DNA from: Gloeobacterales cyanobacterium
Lineage (GTDB): Bacteria; Cyanobacteriota; Cyanobacteriia; Gloeobacterales; PMM-0068
Assembly (NCBI GenBank): GCA_038245785.1
Contig: JBBRSB010000002.1
Span: 160,001 to 224,000, forward strand
Direction: 5' to 3'
Length of the DNA: 64,000 nt
Shown here: one piece after another, positions 52,793 through 61,166 of the stretch
How positions within the stretch are numbered: position 1 is the first letter of the stretch
How the letters are laid out: the number at the start of each line of letters is the position of its first letter
Notes under the pieces: model-generated
Told to the model about the DNA's origin: nothing
The model's input: the letters and a program-made list of their open reading frames with translations, nothing else
Databases searched by the model: none
Made by a program: the position numbers and the translations under genes

Positions 52793-53034
52793 TGCAACAC
52801 TTCCCACTCCTCCGGAGGGACAGCTGGTTCGAAAGGGCCTTCATAGTGGTATGGCTGCTTGCCACGCAGTGGATACAAAGTGGACTCTAACTGATTCGCT
52901 AGCACTTTTTCTGGCAAGGTACTGGGACGCTCCAGAATAATTATTTCAACGGCATCCCCGGCATGAAATGGTAAATCTCGCAAAATCAAAGTACCGTCTT
53001 CCGCCAAAATTGTTTCCACCTTGTGCGCATTCAT
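52789..53034 (-). CDS. Putative antitoxin for VapC (AbrB-like N-terminus)
   Basis: EDGTLILRDLPFHAGDAVEIIIL...YPLRG...Y..PFEPAVP..EW. Translationally coupled to vapC. Confidence 0.78.
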   Translation of the reverse strand: MNAHKVETILAEDGTLILRDLPFHAGDAVEIIILERPSTLPEKVLANQLESTLYPLRGKQPYHYEGPFEPAVPPEEWEVLQ

Positions 53035-53301
53035 GGCTAGATTCCCTCAATCTGCGGTGACATACTCCTACAGTGTAGGCTTCTCTCGGCTTCGTCTGCC
53101 AGACACGCCTACCGGAAACAGTGACGGTTAGCGATTTTGGGACAATAGAGTTGAACGCTTTGAGACTGATTTTCTGAGCTTACAGGCTAGGCTGGATTGT
53201 CGGGGCATCAATCTGTTGTGGCAAGTCGATGTGTCCGTTGTTTTTGACAAAAGAATTTCCGTAGCCAGAAGTGTTCGTCTCCATTGCGTGCAACAAGTAA
53301 A

Positions 53302-53320
53302 TGAGATACAACGTATCTCA
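53302..53320. promoter_or_regulatory. Palindromic operator of the dinJ-yafQ module
   Basis: TGAGATAC-AAC-GTATCTCA, 20 nt upstream of the antitoxin ATG. Confidence 0.65.
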
Positions 53321-53340
53321 ACCAATAAAAAGAGGTCGCT

Positions 53341-53640
53341 ATGGCTACCCGTTCGACAAGCTCAGGGACCACTACGATGGTTCACGTACGCGTGGACGAA
53401 CGATTGAAGATGCAGGCTACTGAAACGCTTGCTGCGATGGGGTTGTCTGTCTCCGATGCAGTGCGTGTGTTCCTGATGCGCGTCGTCGCCGAGAAACAGC
53501 TCCCGTTCACGCTCAAGGTGCCGAACACCGAAACGCTCGCTGCAATAGAAGAGGCCGACGAGATTATACGGACGCGCCGCACTCGCTTTGCTAATGCCGT
53601 TGAACTGTTCGATGACCTCGAAAAAAACAGCGGCAAGTAA
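53341..53640 (+). CDS. dinJ: RelB/DinJ family antitoxin with a 24-nt in-frame insertion near the N-terminus
   Basis: VHVRVDERLK..A...LAAMGLSVSDAVRVFL..V..EK.LPF..KVPN.ET.AAI.E. SD AGAGG. Confidence 0.88.
   Translation: MATRSTSSGTTTMVHVRVDERLKMQATETLAAMGLSVSDAVRVFLMRVVAEKQLPFTLKVPNTETLAAIEEADEIIRTRRTRFANAVELFDDLEKNSGK
53349..53372 (-). repeat. Micro-element copy D, in frame within dinJ
   Basis: CCGTTCGACAAGCTCAGGGACCAC, inserted after GCTAC. Confidence 0.8.
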
Positions 53641-53870
53641 GCGCGCTACCCTTCGACAAGATTTAGGGGCCACTCTGCTGCGTGCTTCGGATTATACAAA
53701 GTCTTTCCTCAAGGACTGGTGGCCCCTGTAAGCGCAGCTCATGTGCTTGGTCGGGAGCGGTTGTCACGTGCTGGACGGTACGACATGAACCGGGCAAAGG
53801 GCTCATGCTTATCGCCAACAATGGCCCGCTTGGACCTAAGCAGCTAACGAACAAGCTAACTTTGTTTTAG
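53612..53870 (+). pseudogene. yafQ: YafQ family toxin, disrupted by two insertions, a frameshift and 3' truncation
   Basis: MTSKKTAASKRA[+8 aa]TLLRASDYTKSFLKDW[35-nt insert with TAA]ERLSRAGRYDMNR.../MLIANNGPLGP. The ATG overlaps the end of dinJ. Confidence 0.78.
53650..53673 (-). repeat. Micro-element copy E, in frame within yafQ
   Basis: CCTTCGACAAGATTTAGGGGCCAC, inserted after GCTAC. Confidence 0.8.
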
Positions 53871-54204
53871 ATACGGAATTAGTCAGTCAAATTCTCAGGT
53901 GGAATATGGCAGTATTACGCGAATCGCCTTGGTATCAAGAAATTCGGCAGGAAGGTGAACAAGTTGGGGAAGAAAGGGGCATTCTCAGAGGCACATCTGA
54001 AGGTGCCCTCAAAGAAGCCCAATCCCTCATTCTGCGCCAGCTCACCCGTCGTACTAGTGAAGTGCTCCAGCTTTACAAGCCCAGGTTCAAGCTTTGTCTC
54101 TCTCTCAACTTGAGGCTTTGGGTGATGCGCTGTTGGATTTTTCGGAACCCGCAGACTTAGTGAAGTGGCTAGACGAATACTCTGCCAGAATGAACGACGT
54201 CTAA
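53870..54204 (+). pseudogene. Orphan Rpn C-terminal (RpnS/DUF4351) fragment with a frameshift
   Basis: DTELVSQILRWN-MAVLRESPWYQEI...SLILRQLTRR; frameshift near 54063; then LQAQVQALSLSQLEALGDALLDFSEPADLVKWL. Confidence 0.78.
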
Positions 54205-54321
54205 TCTCGGCTCCACCTGCTGGACACTGGGACTACTTGCAGCTTGATACGCAATATCTAATGGACTTTCTTAACACGAACTCACGTTAATTAATCTTTT
54301 ACATGTAAATTTGCAATAGTT

Positions 54322-55689
54322 TTAATTTTTCTCAATTATCTCCTTGAACCCAGTATTGTTCCGAATATTGTCAAAATCAGGATCTTTTTTTGCTTTGTCT
54401 CGAAAAGTAGAATCAATGTCAATTGATTGTTTTAGATTTTGAATTGCAAGGCTAGTATCTCCATTTAAGCTAAAACAACAAGCTTTATTAAACCAAGCGT
54501 CAGGACCATCTGGATTCAGTTCAATAGCTTTGCCATAGGCAGCGAGTTCCTCATTATTGCGTTTTAAATTCCCTAGCGTAATGCCTTTATTGAACCAAGT
54601 TTTAGGATCATGTGGATTCAGTTCAATAGCTTTTTCATAGGCAACAAGTGCCTCCTCATAGCGCTTTAAGTTACTTAAAACAATCCCTTTATTAAACCAA
54701 GCATCAGGATCATATGGATTCAGTTCAATAGTTTTCTTGAAGGCATTAAGTGCCTCTTCATGGCGTTTTAGCTCCAATAGCATAAAGCCTTTATTGAACC
54801 AAGTTTTAGGATCATCTGATTTTGGTTCAATAGCTTTCTCATAGGCATTAAGTGCCTCTTCATAGGCAGTGATTTCCTCATTATTACGTTTTAACTTCCC
54901 TAGCGTAAAGCCCTTATTGAGCCAAGCCTCAGGATCATCTGGTTTCAGTTTAATAGCTTTCTCGAAGTCAGTAAGTGCCTCCTCATAAGAGCTTTTGTAT
55001 AATAAAGCTTTACCTTTTTTGACATAATCAGTTGCTGTCAATACAAGATTGGGATAACTATCTTGAAGCATATCAAGTCTAGCAGTAAGTTCTTGAACCT
55101 GTGCCAAGATGTCTGAGTCAACGGATTTTTGAAAATCATCTTTTTTAGATGTTTCCGGGACTAGTCTATCTATTCTTTCTATAATGTCATCTTTTTTCTT
55201 TGCAACTTCTGTAAGGAGATCTTCCACTCTCTTATTAGATACTTTCAAAAGATTATCTATCTGTAATTTCGATCTTTCGTCAATTTCTTTTAAGGCATGC
55301 TTAACTTCTTTTTCTAATTTCTCTTTTATTTCTTTTTTAAATTCTTCTACAATTTGATTTTTAATACTGCCACGCAATAAAAGCAGAAAAATACTGGCAA
55401 ATATAGGTAAAGCTGCTAAAACTGCTAATAAGATCTGAATTAAACCCATTGTCCATCCGAAAGAGCGATCTACTTCGTTCTGGACTCGTTCACGAATTTC
55501 GAGATTATTCTCTAATTTAACTTTTTCAAATTCTTCTTTCACTACAGTCAGAGCTTCTGATTTAGTAACTGGATCAGTTGGCAGAGGTGCTGATAGCTTT
55601 TCCTGTGAAGGTCTTTTCTGAGCTATGGCTGAAGTCGTTACTAACATTGATAAAATGAGGGAAATTAAAATTTTATGTTTGAATCTCAT
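54322..55689 (-). CDS. Membrane-anchored coiled-coil/TPR-repeat protein
   Basis: Signal-like N-terminus MRFKHKILISLILSML, TM WTMGLIQILLAVLAALPIF, repeated W.NKG..L..LKR.EEAL.AYEKAIELNP units, terminal NKACCFSL...D.DFD. AT-rich. Confidence 0.85.
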   Translation of the reverse strand: MRFKHKILISLILSMLVTTSAIAQKRPSQEKLSAPLPTDPVTKSEALTVVKEEFEKVKLENNLEIRERVQNEVDRSFGWTMGLIQILLAVLAALPIFASIFLLLLRGSIKNQIVEEFKKEIKEKLEKEVKHALKEIDERSKLQIDNLLKVSNKRVEDLLTEVAKKKDDIIERIDRLVPETSKKDDFQKSVDSDILAQVQELTARLDMLQDSYPNLVLTATDYVKKGKALLYKSSYEEALTDFEKAIKLKPDDPEAWLNKGFTLGKLKRNNEEITAYEEALNAYEKAIEPKSDDPKTWFNKGFMLLELKRHEEALNAFKKTIELNPYDPDAWFNKGIVLSNLKRYEEALVAYEKAIELNPHDPKTWFNKGITLGNLKRNNEELAAYGKAIELNPDGPDAWFNKACCFSLNGDTSLAIQNLKQSIDIDSTFRDKAKKDPDFDNIRNNTGFKEIIEKN

Positions 55690-55723
55690 TTGAAGAAAAA
55701 TCCCGAGGTGAACGAGGAGGGTG

Positions 55724-56656
55724 TTAGGTTGATTCTTCATCAAAGTAGTCGCTGTCAATCTTTGGAATCTTAACGGTGCGTGCAGAAACCCCGACCTCAT
55801 GATCGATCATTAGTTCGGCAAGGCGCGGACCATCAACGAGGACAACACGCTCGACTGACTTCGCGAACTCGATGGCCTGCGCAGTGTAGCCCGAAGTCGT
55901 AATGAAGACGCCTTTGTTTGCACGCTGTCCCGCGAGAGCACCGTAGAACGCTTGGACTTCTGGACGACCCACCGTACCTTGCCAACGCTTCGCCTGAACA
56001 TAGACCTTTTCAAGGCCAAGCTTGTCTAGTGAAATGACTCCATCGATTCCGCCGTCGCCAGACCCACCAACGCGCTGAAGATCAGTACGACTTGCCCCAT
56101 ATCCCATACGGTGGAGTAGATCAAGAACAATGGTTTCAAAGAACGAGGGCAGTACGGACGCGAGGGACTCAAGTAGCTCAGTAGCGACCGAGCGACGCAA
56201 CTCGGAGAGGGCTTGGCCAAGCCGATCATCGGGACTAGCTACAGCCGATTCCACCGCCTGCATCTGGATCAAAGACGACGAGGCGAGAGATTCGCCACTG
56301 AGCGGTAGTTTCAGCCGCACATCATTGAAACCCATGGCCAGTTGCTCAACGTCTTTCGGCGATAGTTGTGTAGGGTGATTAGCTACGAAGTCAAGGCCCA
56401 GTTCCGTTGGTTGCCAGAAGCCCCGGCGCGGGCTGCTCGATAGACCAGCGCGTTTCAACCTGTCATGAGCCCAGCCAGCGCGGTTCTTGTAGATTGGCTG
56501 CGCGCCACTTGGGAGAAGCTCTTGACGGTCCGAATCGGACACACCGAGTGCCTGTGCAGCAGCCTCATGAACTTCGCGGGCGGGCGCACCGCCTGGGTGA
56601 GTAGCCAGGAACCGAAGGACTGGTTCGATAAACTTATCGTAGGTGGGGACGGCCAT
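55724..56656 (-). CDS. mrr: Mrr type IV restriction endonuclease
   Basis: N-terminal ELLPSG......NR.GWA...LK.AGL...RRG; catalytic FFE..VLDLL..MGYG, GDGGIDG, YVQAKRW. Confidence 0.93.
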   Translation of the reverse strand: MAVPTYDKFIEPVLRFLATHPGGAPAREVHEAAAQALGVSDSDRQELLPSGAQPIYKNRAGWAHDRLKRAGLSSSPRRGFWQPTELGLDFVANHPTQLSPKDVEQLAMGFNDVRLKLPLSGESLASSSLIQMQAVESAVASPDDRLGQALSELRRSVATELLESLASVLPSFFETIVLDLLHRMGYGASRTDLQRVGGSGDGGIDGVISLDKLGLEKVYVQAKRWQGTVGRPEVQAFYGALAGQRANKGVFITTSGYTAQAIEFAKSVERVVLVDGPRLAELMIDHEVGVSARTVKIPKIDSDYFDEEST

Positions 56657-56677
56657 GCTGTTTTGTCGATAGAAGGG

Positions 56678-56917
56678 TTAGGGTTTGGCAAGGGAGATTT
56701 CCTTGAACTGCATATCGTCGATGACCTCATCGAAGCGACGTTTTTTGCCGACACCAGCGAGTTCAGGGACGAGGGCCTTCTGGAGGGTGTGGGCATTGGC
56801 ATTAGTGCGGACGGCGGCAAGGTGGGTTTCCAACTAGTCCACTAGGACCATTAGTTGATCGACTTTGGCCACGTTCCGGCGTTGTTCAGGAGGGTTGGGA
56901 TGAAAACTATGAACCAT
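56678..56917 (-). pseudogene. hsdS: Type I R-M specificity subunit (HsdS) C-terminal remnant with an in-frame stop
   Basis: Hand translation PPEQRRNVAKVDQLMVLVD*LETHLAA...LQKALVPELA resembles the HsdS tail PPLAEQ.RIVAKVD.LM.L.D.LE..L. Confidence 0.72.
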
Positions 56918-57523
56918 GCCAACACCTAAGAAGAAGTCAAGCTTAGTGTGCCCAGTAACTGTACCTAACTGTCACAGGCTCTGATCTACTTAGTCGTCTC
57001 TGAAAATTCAAAACCCCCAGTAAAATCAAGCATTCCAGCAGAAAGATACCGATAAAAATTGGAAGAAAATGCTCAAGCCTTTGTAAATTCTAGTGAAAAC
57101 GTTAGTTTACATGGAGCCTCTACTCTACTATTACAGCGGTCTATAGCATGGGATGATTGCTCGGCTGAACGAACTAAGCTGCAGTGCTGCTCTGCAAGCC
57201 AACCGAGCGCAGACAAACTGGGATCTTGTTATCTGGGAGAACCGCTAGAGTCAGCTTCTACCCAAACTTTTTGAGATGCGTCCCTGACTGTCATAACTAA
57301 ATTGTTAGACCCGCCTTTTAAGAGGGAAATATCTTTATGGAAGAGTCAAAGTATTCACCCAATGATGATGCCTGTTCGACTACATAAAGACACCTCTCTA
57401 CTGATTGGAGAAGTTCGACAGCGAAATCGAAATTACGACTAAATTTTGTCCTAATACAAAATAACTTTGTTCACTCTGCCTTAAATTCTCTATAGCTCTG
57501 TAAACCCAAAAAGAGTTCTTCTC

Positions 57524-60500
57524 ATGAAGCCAGTCCGTGATTTGTGTGAGTTGCAAAGCAATGCCCTCGATTTCCGGGTGAGTGATGGTATTGAGGATCT
57601 AAACAAGCTCACTGAAGATGAAGCCCAGGGGTTTTCTTTTTTCGAGGCTTCGTTCATCACAGCCGGAATGCATAAGCTTGTTTCTGATGGCTTAGCAAGG
57701 CTCTCAGGTCGTTCTGGCAGCGCAGTTTATCATCTTAAGCAGGCGATGGGTGGTGGTAAAACCCACTTGCTCTCAGGTTTTGGGCTGGTTGCACGCCATC
57801 CGAAGGTCCGTGAGCGCTACTTTGCTGATGTTGCATCCGGTCGAGAATTTGGAGCTGCCAAGCTAGCGTTCTTCAATGGCCGAAATAATCCCGCAGGATT
57901 CTTTTGGGGCGAGATCTCAGAGCAACTAGGCAAACCTAACTTTTTTGAGCCTGGTACAAAAGCTCCTGATGAAAAAAGTTGGTTAAAACTCTTCTCTGGT
58001 GATGAACCCATCCTGATCCTGCTAGATGAGATGCCGCCCTACTTTCATTACTATCTAACTCAAAGCTTAGGATCTGGGACCATTGCGGATGTGGTTACCC
58101 GTGCTTTTGCCAACATGCTCTCGGCGGCAAGGCAAAAAGCAAAGGTCTGCATCGTTATCTCTGACCTCGAAGGTCAGTATCAGAGTGCGAGTCATCTGAT
58201 CAACCGTGCCTTGGATGACGCTAGGGCTGAGGCTGGGCGTCAGGAAGTGGCAATTACGCCAGTGGATCTCTCAGGGAACGAGATCTATGAAATTCTCAAG
58301 AAACGGCTTTTCAAGAAGCTGCCCGATCAATCCACCATCGATGACATTGCCGCCAAGTACGGTGAGCTCCTCACGGATGCGGCTAAATCTAACACTGTTG
58401 CCCGTAGTGCCGAGTCGATTGCCGAAGAAATTTCTGCCACCTATCCGTTTCACCCGCGCCTTAAAAACCTTTTTGCGCTTTTCAAAGAAAACTCTAATTA
58501 CAAGCAAACTCGCGGTCTGATGGAGCTAACCTCGCGGTTACTTAAGTCAGTTTGGGAAGGACGCAGCTCAAGTGCGTTTCTGATCGGCCCGCAGCACTTT
58601 GACTTAGGTCTGGACGATGTACGGGATAAGCTGATTGAGATTTCAGCAATGCCCGATGTGATCGCTAAAGACCTTTGGGATACTAATTCTGCTGCCCATG
58701 CTCAGGTGATCGACCTTAATGCCAATGGCTCTGAAGCAAAAGATGTCGGTGCCATTCTCTTCACCTCCAGCCTCTCGACCGCCGTTAATTCAGTTAGGGG
58801 TCTAACCCGCGCAGAAGTGCTTGAGTACTTGGTTGCCCCGTTGGTGGATATCTCCCGCTGCAATAAGGCATTCAGTGACCTTTGCGAGAGCTCTTGGTAC
58901 ATCCACCGGACGCCTGACGAGAAGTACTACTTCGATAAGCAGGAAAATCTCGGCAAGATGCTCCAGGACATGGCGCGTCGTGCCCCAGAAAACAAGGTTG
59001 AAGAGCTCAAGCGCAATCGCATCAAAGAGCTCTTCAAGCCGCAGTCGAAGATTGCCTATGAAGACGTTTTGCCGCTACCGCAGCTCGACGAGGTGATCAA
59101 CGAAGTGCGGAACCGTCGAGTGCTGTTGGTTGTTGAGCCCGATGGCAAGCTTCCTCCGGAAGAAGTGAAGCGCTTTTTTGAAAGCCTCAGCCAACGCAAC
59201 AACGTCTGCATCCTGACGGGCGAACAAGCGGCTGTTGCTAAAGGCAAACTTACTGAAGCGGCAAGGAATCTTTACGCGGTAATGCAGGCTGAGGCCCAAC
59301 ACAAAGTAGATTGCAAAAGCTCCCAGTGGGCCGAGTTCGATTCCAAAAAAGCGACATATGACTCTAACCTGACCCAAGTAATCATTGGTGTCTACGACAA
59401 GTTGTTGGTGCCTGTTCTGAAGCCTGGTGACACAGAGCCAGTGCTGGAGTCTCGTTCCCTCAAGAAAGAAGGGTTTAAGCCCACTGAAGGTGCCCGTCGG
59501 GTTGAAGAAACCTTGACAGAAAACCCGAAGAAGCTTTATGTCGAAGTTTCGAGCAACATGGACACCCTCCGTGCAATGGTCGAGCAGCGGATTTGGGGCA
59601 ACTCGGACCCAGCCCGATGGACCGATGTGGTTTCGAGCGCTGCCGAAAACTGCAAGATGCCCTGGTTACCCTCCTCTGGCCTCGAAGATATCAAGAAGCA
59701 TGCCATCGCCACGGGTCTCTGGGAAGACAAAGGCGGTGGCTATATCTCCAAGTCTCCAGCCCCCAAAACAACAGGGGTGCAAGTAAGTGCCGAATCACGG
59801 CCTGACGACGATGGCCATGTAGTCCTAAAAATAAGTACTGTAAACGGTGGCCCCGCACCCAAAATTTACTATGCCGAGGATGCAAATGTTTCCGAATCAT
59901 CCTCGGTACTTGATGACGATAGGCTAAAGACTAAAGCCTTGCGGGTACGGTTTATCGTCCACGATCCGAGCAACCATTACATAACAGGTGAACCTTATAC
60001 CTGGACCAATGAACTGACGATTCGCGCAAACCAATACATCGAGAATGGTAAGCGCAAGGTGAAAATCCTTGTGGCACCAGCAGGGGCCAAAGTTAAATTC
60101 ACGCTTGATGGTTCAGAGCCCCGCAATGGCCAGACCTACAGCGAACCCATCGAGATTGGCGACAACGAGGTGCGTCTGCTGGTATTTGCCGAAGCTGATG
60201 GCCTAGAGGCACGCCAGAATTTTACCTACCCACGCATGGGCGATAACCAAATCAAAATCGATCCTCAGGCACCCGCTAAGTTCAAGGCCAGTCGGTGTGC
60301 CCGCCTGAGCTCTCGTACCGATGCTTACCAGGGATTGCAGCAGGCAGCAGAGGTAGGTGCCAGCTTCGAAGATGTGGACATCAGGCTGACGGCAAAAAAT
60401 GGAGCCACGATCAACTATCTTGCCGTCCGGCAGACCTTATCGGCACAGCGTGTGACCCAGTTGATTGAATCGCTTGGTCAGGATTTACCTATCGAACACG

Positions 60501-60613
60501 AAGTCACTCTCTCATTTCGTGCCGCCAATTTTTCGTCTGGCTATGACCTCAAGACCTTCTGCGATAAGTGGAACATCAAACTCAGCCAGGAAGAGGTTGA
60601 ACAATGCGCCTAA
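57524..60613 (+). CDS. DUF499 family AAA+ ATPase (anti-phage associated) with an FN3/chitobiase-like C-terminal region
   Basis: Walker A HLKQAMGGGKTH, Walker B LILLDEMPPY, EIYEILKKRLF, TYPFHP, QTRGL, FTLDGSEPRNG. Confidence 0.88.
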   Translation: MKPVRDLCELQSNALDFRVSDGIEDLNKLTEDEAQGFSFFEASFITAGMHKLVSDGLARLSGRSGSAVYHLKQAMGGGKTHLLSGFGLVARHPKVRERYFADVASGREFGAAKLAFFNGRNNPAGFFWGEISEQLGKPNFFEPGTKAPDEKSWLKLFSGDEPILILLDEMPPYFHYYLTQSLGSGTIADVVTRAFANMLSAARQKAKVCIVISDLEGQYQSASHLINRALDDARAEAGRQEVAITPVDLSGNEIYEILKKRLFKKLPDQSTIDDIAAKYGELLTDAAKSNTVARSAESIAEEISATYPFHPRLKNLFALFKENSNYKQTRGLMELTSRLLKSVWEGRSSSAFLIGPQHFDLGLDDVRDKLIEISAMPDVIAKDLWDTNSAAHAQVIDLNANGSEAKDVGAILFTSSLSTAVNSVRGLTRAEVLEYLVAPLVDISRCNKAFSDLCESSWYIHRTPDEKYYFDKQENLGKMLQDMARRAPENKVEELKRNRIKELFKPQSKIAYEDVLPLPQLDEVINEVRNRRVLLVVEPDGKLPPEEVKRFFESLSQRNNVCILTGEQAAVAKGKLTEAARNLYAVMQAEAQHKVDCKSSQWAEFDSKKATYDSNLTQVIIGVYDKLLVPVLKPGDTEPVLESRSLKKEGFKPTEGARRVEETLTENPKKLYVEVSSNMDTLRAMVEQRIWGNSDPARWTDVVSSAAENCKMPWLPSSGLEDIKKHAIATGLWEDKGGGYISKSPAPKTTGVQVSAESRPDDDGHVVLKISTVNGGPAPKIYYAEDANVSESSSVLDDDRLKTKALRVRFIVHDPSNHYITGEPYTWTNELTIRANQYIENGKRKVKILVAPAGAKVKFTLDGSEPRNGQTYSEPIEIGDNEVRLLVFAEADGLEARQNFTYPRMGDNQIKIDPQAPAKFKASRCARLSSRTDAYQGLQQAAEVGASFEDVDIRLTAKNGATINYLAVRQTLSAQRVTQLIESLGQDLPIEHEVTLSFRAANFSSGYDLKTFCDKWNIKLSQEEVEQCA

Positions 60614-61155
60614 AGACCCCCACAGCAGGTTTTGGAGCGCCTACCGAATTTGGTGCCCATATCTTTCGGGTGGTGATTCCGGCTGCCAAGGCCGAAAGCG
60701 TGAGTGTAGTTGAAGACTATGGCTTGATAGGTGGTGAGGTGATTCGGGTAGTACTGCCACGATTTGCTTGGTCAGGTATTGCCGAAGCCGCCCGCAAAGA
60801 CTTCAACCAGCGCCTCAAAGCTCAAAAAGTGCTCACAGGAAGCTGGAAAACTGGCGATGTGGTGATTGACCGCATCTTGGGTAAAGAGCTGTGTGTACTA
60901 GCCTGGGCCGCTGAAAAAGCCGACAGCGCAGAACTGCCCGTGATTTGCAAAAAGTGGACGGCGCTACGCCCCGAAGAACGCTGGTGGTTGTATTCGATGA
61001 CCGCTTCTGAGGCTGGTTGCGCTGATGATGTTGGGCGCGGTTGGCGTAGAGCATTACATGCTGCGCTTTCAGATCCTGGCAGCATCGAAATTGAGCAGGT
61101 GAACCGCAAATTGAAGCGCCAGTCCGTCGCCTTTGAAACCCCATCACTATTCTAA
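60604..61155 (+). CDS. DUF3780 family protein (anti-phage associated)
   Basis: GFG.P....AH.F.V.IP, FNQRLK, DR.LGKELCVLAWA.E, LRPEERWWLY.MT, GWR.AL..AL. Overlaps the DUF499 stop. Confidence 0.88.
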   Translation: MRLKTPTAGFGAPTEFGAHIFRVVIPAAKAESVSVVEDYGLIGGEVIRVVLPRFAWSGIAEAARKDFNQRLKAQKVLTGSWKTGDVVIDRILGKELCVLAWAAEKADSAELPVICKKWTALRPEERWWLYSMTASEAGCADDVGRGWRRALHAALSDPGSIEIEQVNRKLKRQSVAFETPSLF

Positions 61156-61166
61156 AAGGCTGCTCT

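Noticed and set aside
57059..57451. Small ORFs and a possible attC (GTTAGAC at 57304) upstream of DUF499
   Set aside because: The ORFs lack recognisable features. No matching RYYYAAC inverse core with a paired stem was found, and no integron integrase is in view.
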